From Veleropilina oligotropha (taxonomy: Eukaryota), in contig JBEUKZ010000070.1 in assembly GCA_048128005.1 (NCBI GenBank), positions 372,001 to 409,655 on the forward strand: a DNA stretch of 37,655 nucleotides. The letters are read 5' to 3'. Of the stretch, positions 37,578 to 37,655 are shown one piece after another. Position 1 is the first letter of the stretch, and every line of letters starts with the position of its first letter. Below the pieces are notes generated by a model. The model ran no database searches and had not been told where the DNA came from. It saw nothing but the letters and a program-made list of their open reading frames with translations. The translations under genes were made by a program, and so were the position numbers.

Positions 37578-37655
37578 TGATATAACTTATATTCCAGTTC
37601 GTGGTTCGAACTCTTACCTTTGCACCTGGAAGTTCAGGCGTTCCCATATTTGTGA

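Overview
Eukaryotic, gene-poor, repeat-dominated DNA; the repeat types suggest a marine invertebrate, which is inference. No convincing host gene is present. The left 10 kb is a three-level nest of mobile elements. (1) An Academ-type DNA transposon has one terminus at 10041 and a degenerate ~1,500-codon transposase + XPG/PIN-nuclease ORF at 9108-4588 (-). (2) About 100 bp past that ORF's stop, it is interrupted by a GC-rich Polinton/virus-like element. This element ends ...CCCCCCCCTGCTGCT at 4486 and runs off the left edge. It encodes a Cys-rich small protein and what appears to be one long ORF joining a Rho_N-like N-terminus to a very divergent protein-primed-type family B DNA polymerase. (3) That polymerase gene is itself interrupted by a 1,014-bp non-autonomous TIR element (50-1063) with a 6-bp TSD; removing it restores the frame. 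From ~10.07 kb to ~36.4 kb lies a 26-kb array of a 24-bp satellite (TTCTTATG-TTCTTCAC-TTCTACAC) with kb-scale higher-order duplications. The array carries ten tRNA-derived SINE copies of two families, all in one orientation. The window ends in a ~0.7-kb (TA)n tract. The many 'MFFTSTLL/KNIRSVEV' ORFs are satellite artefacts. All family assignments come from visual motif recognition, not database searches.
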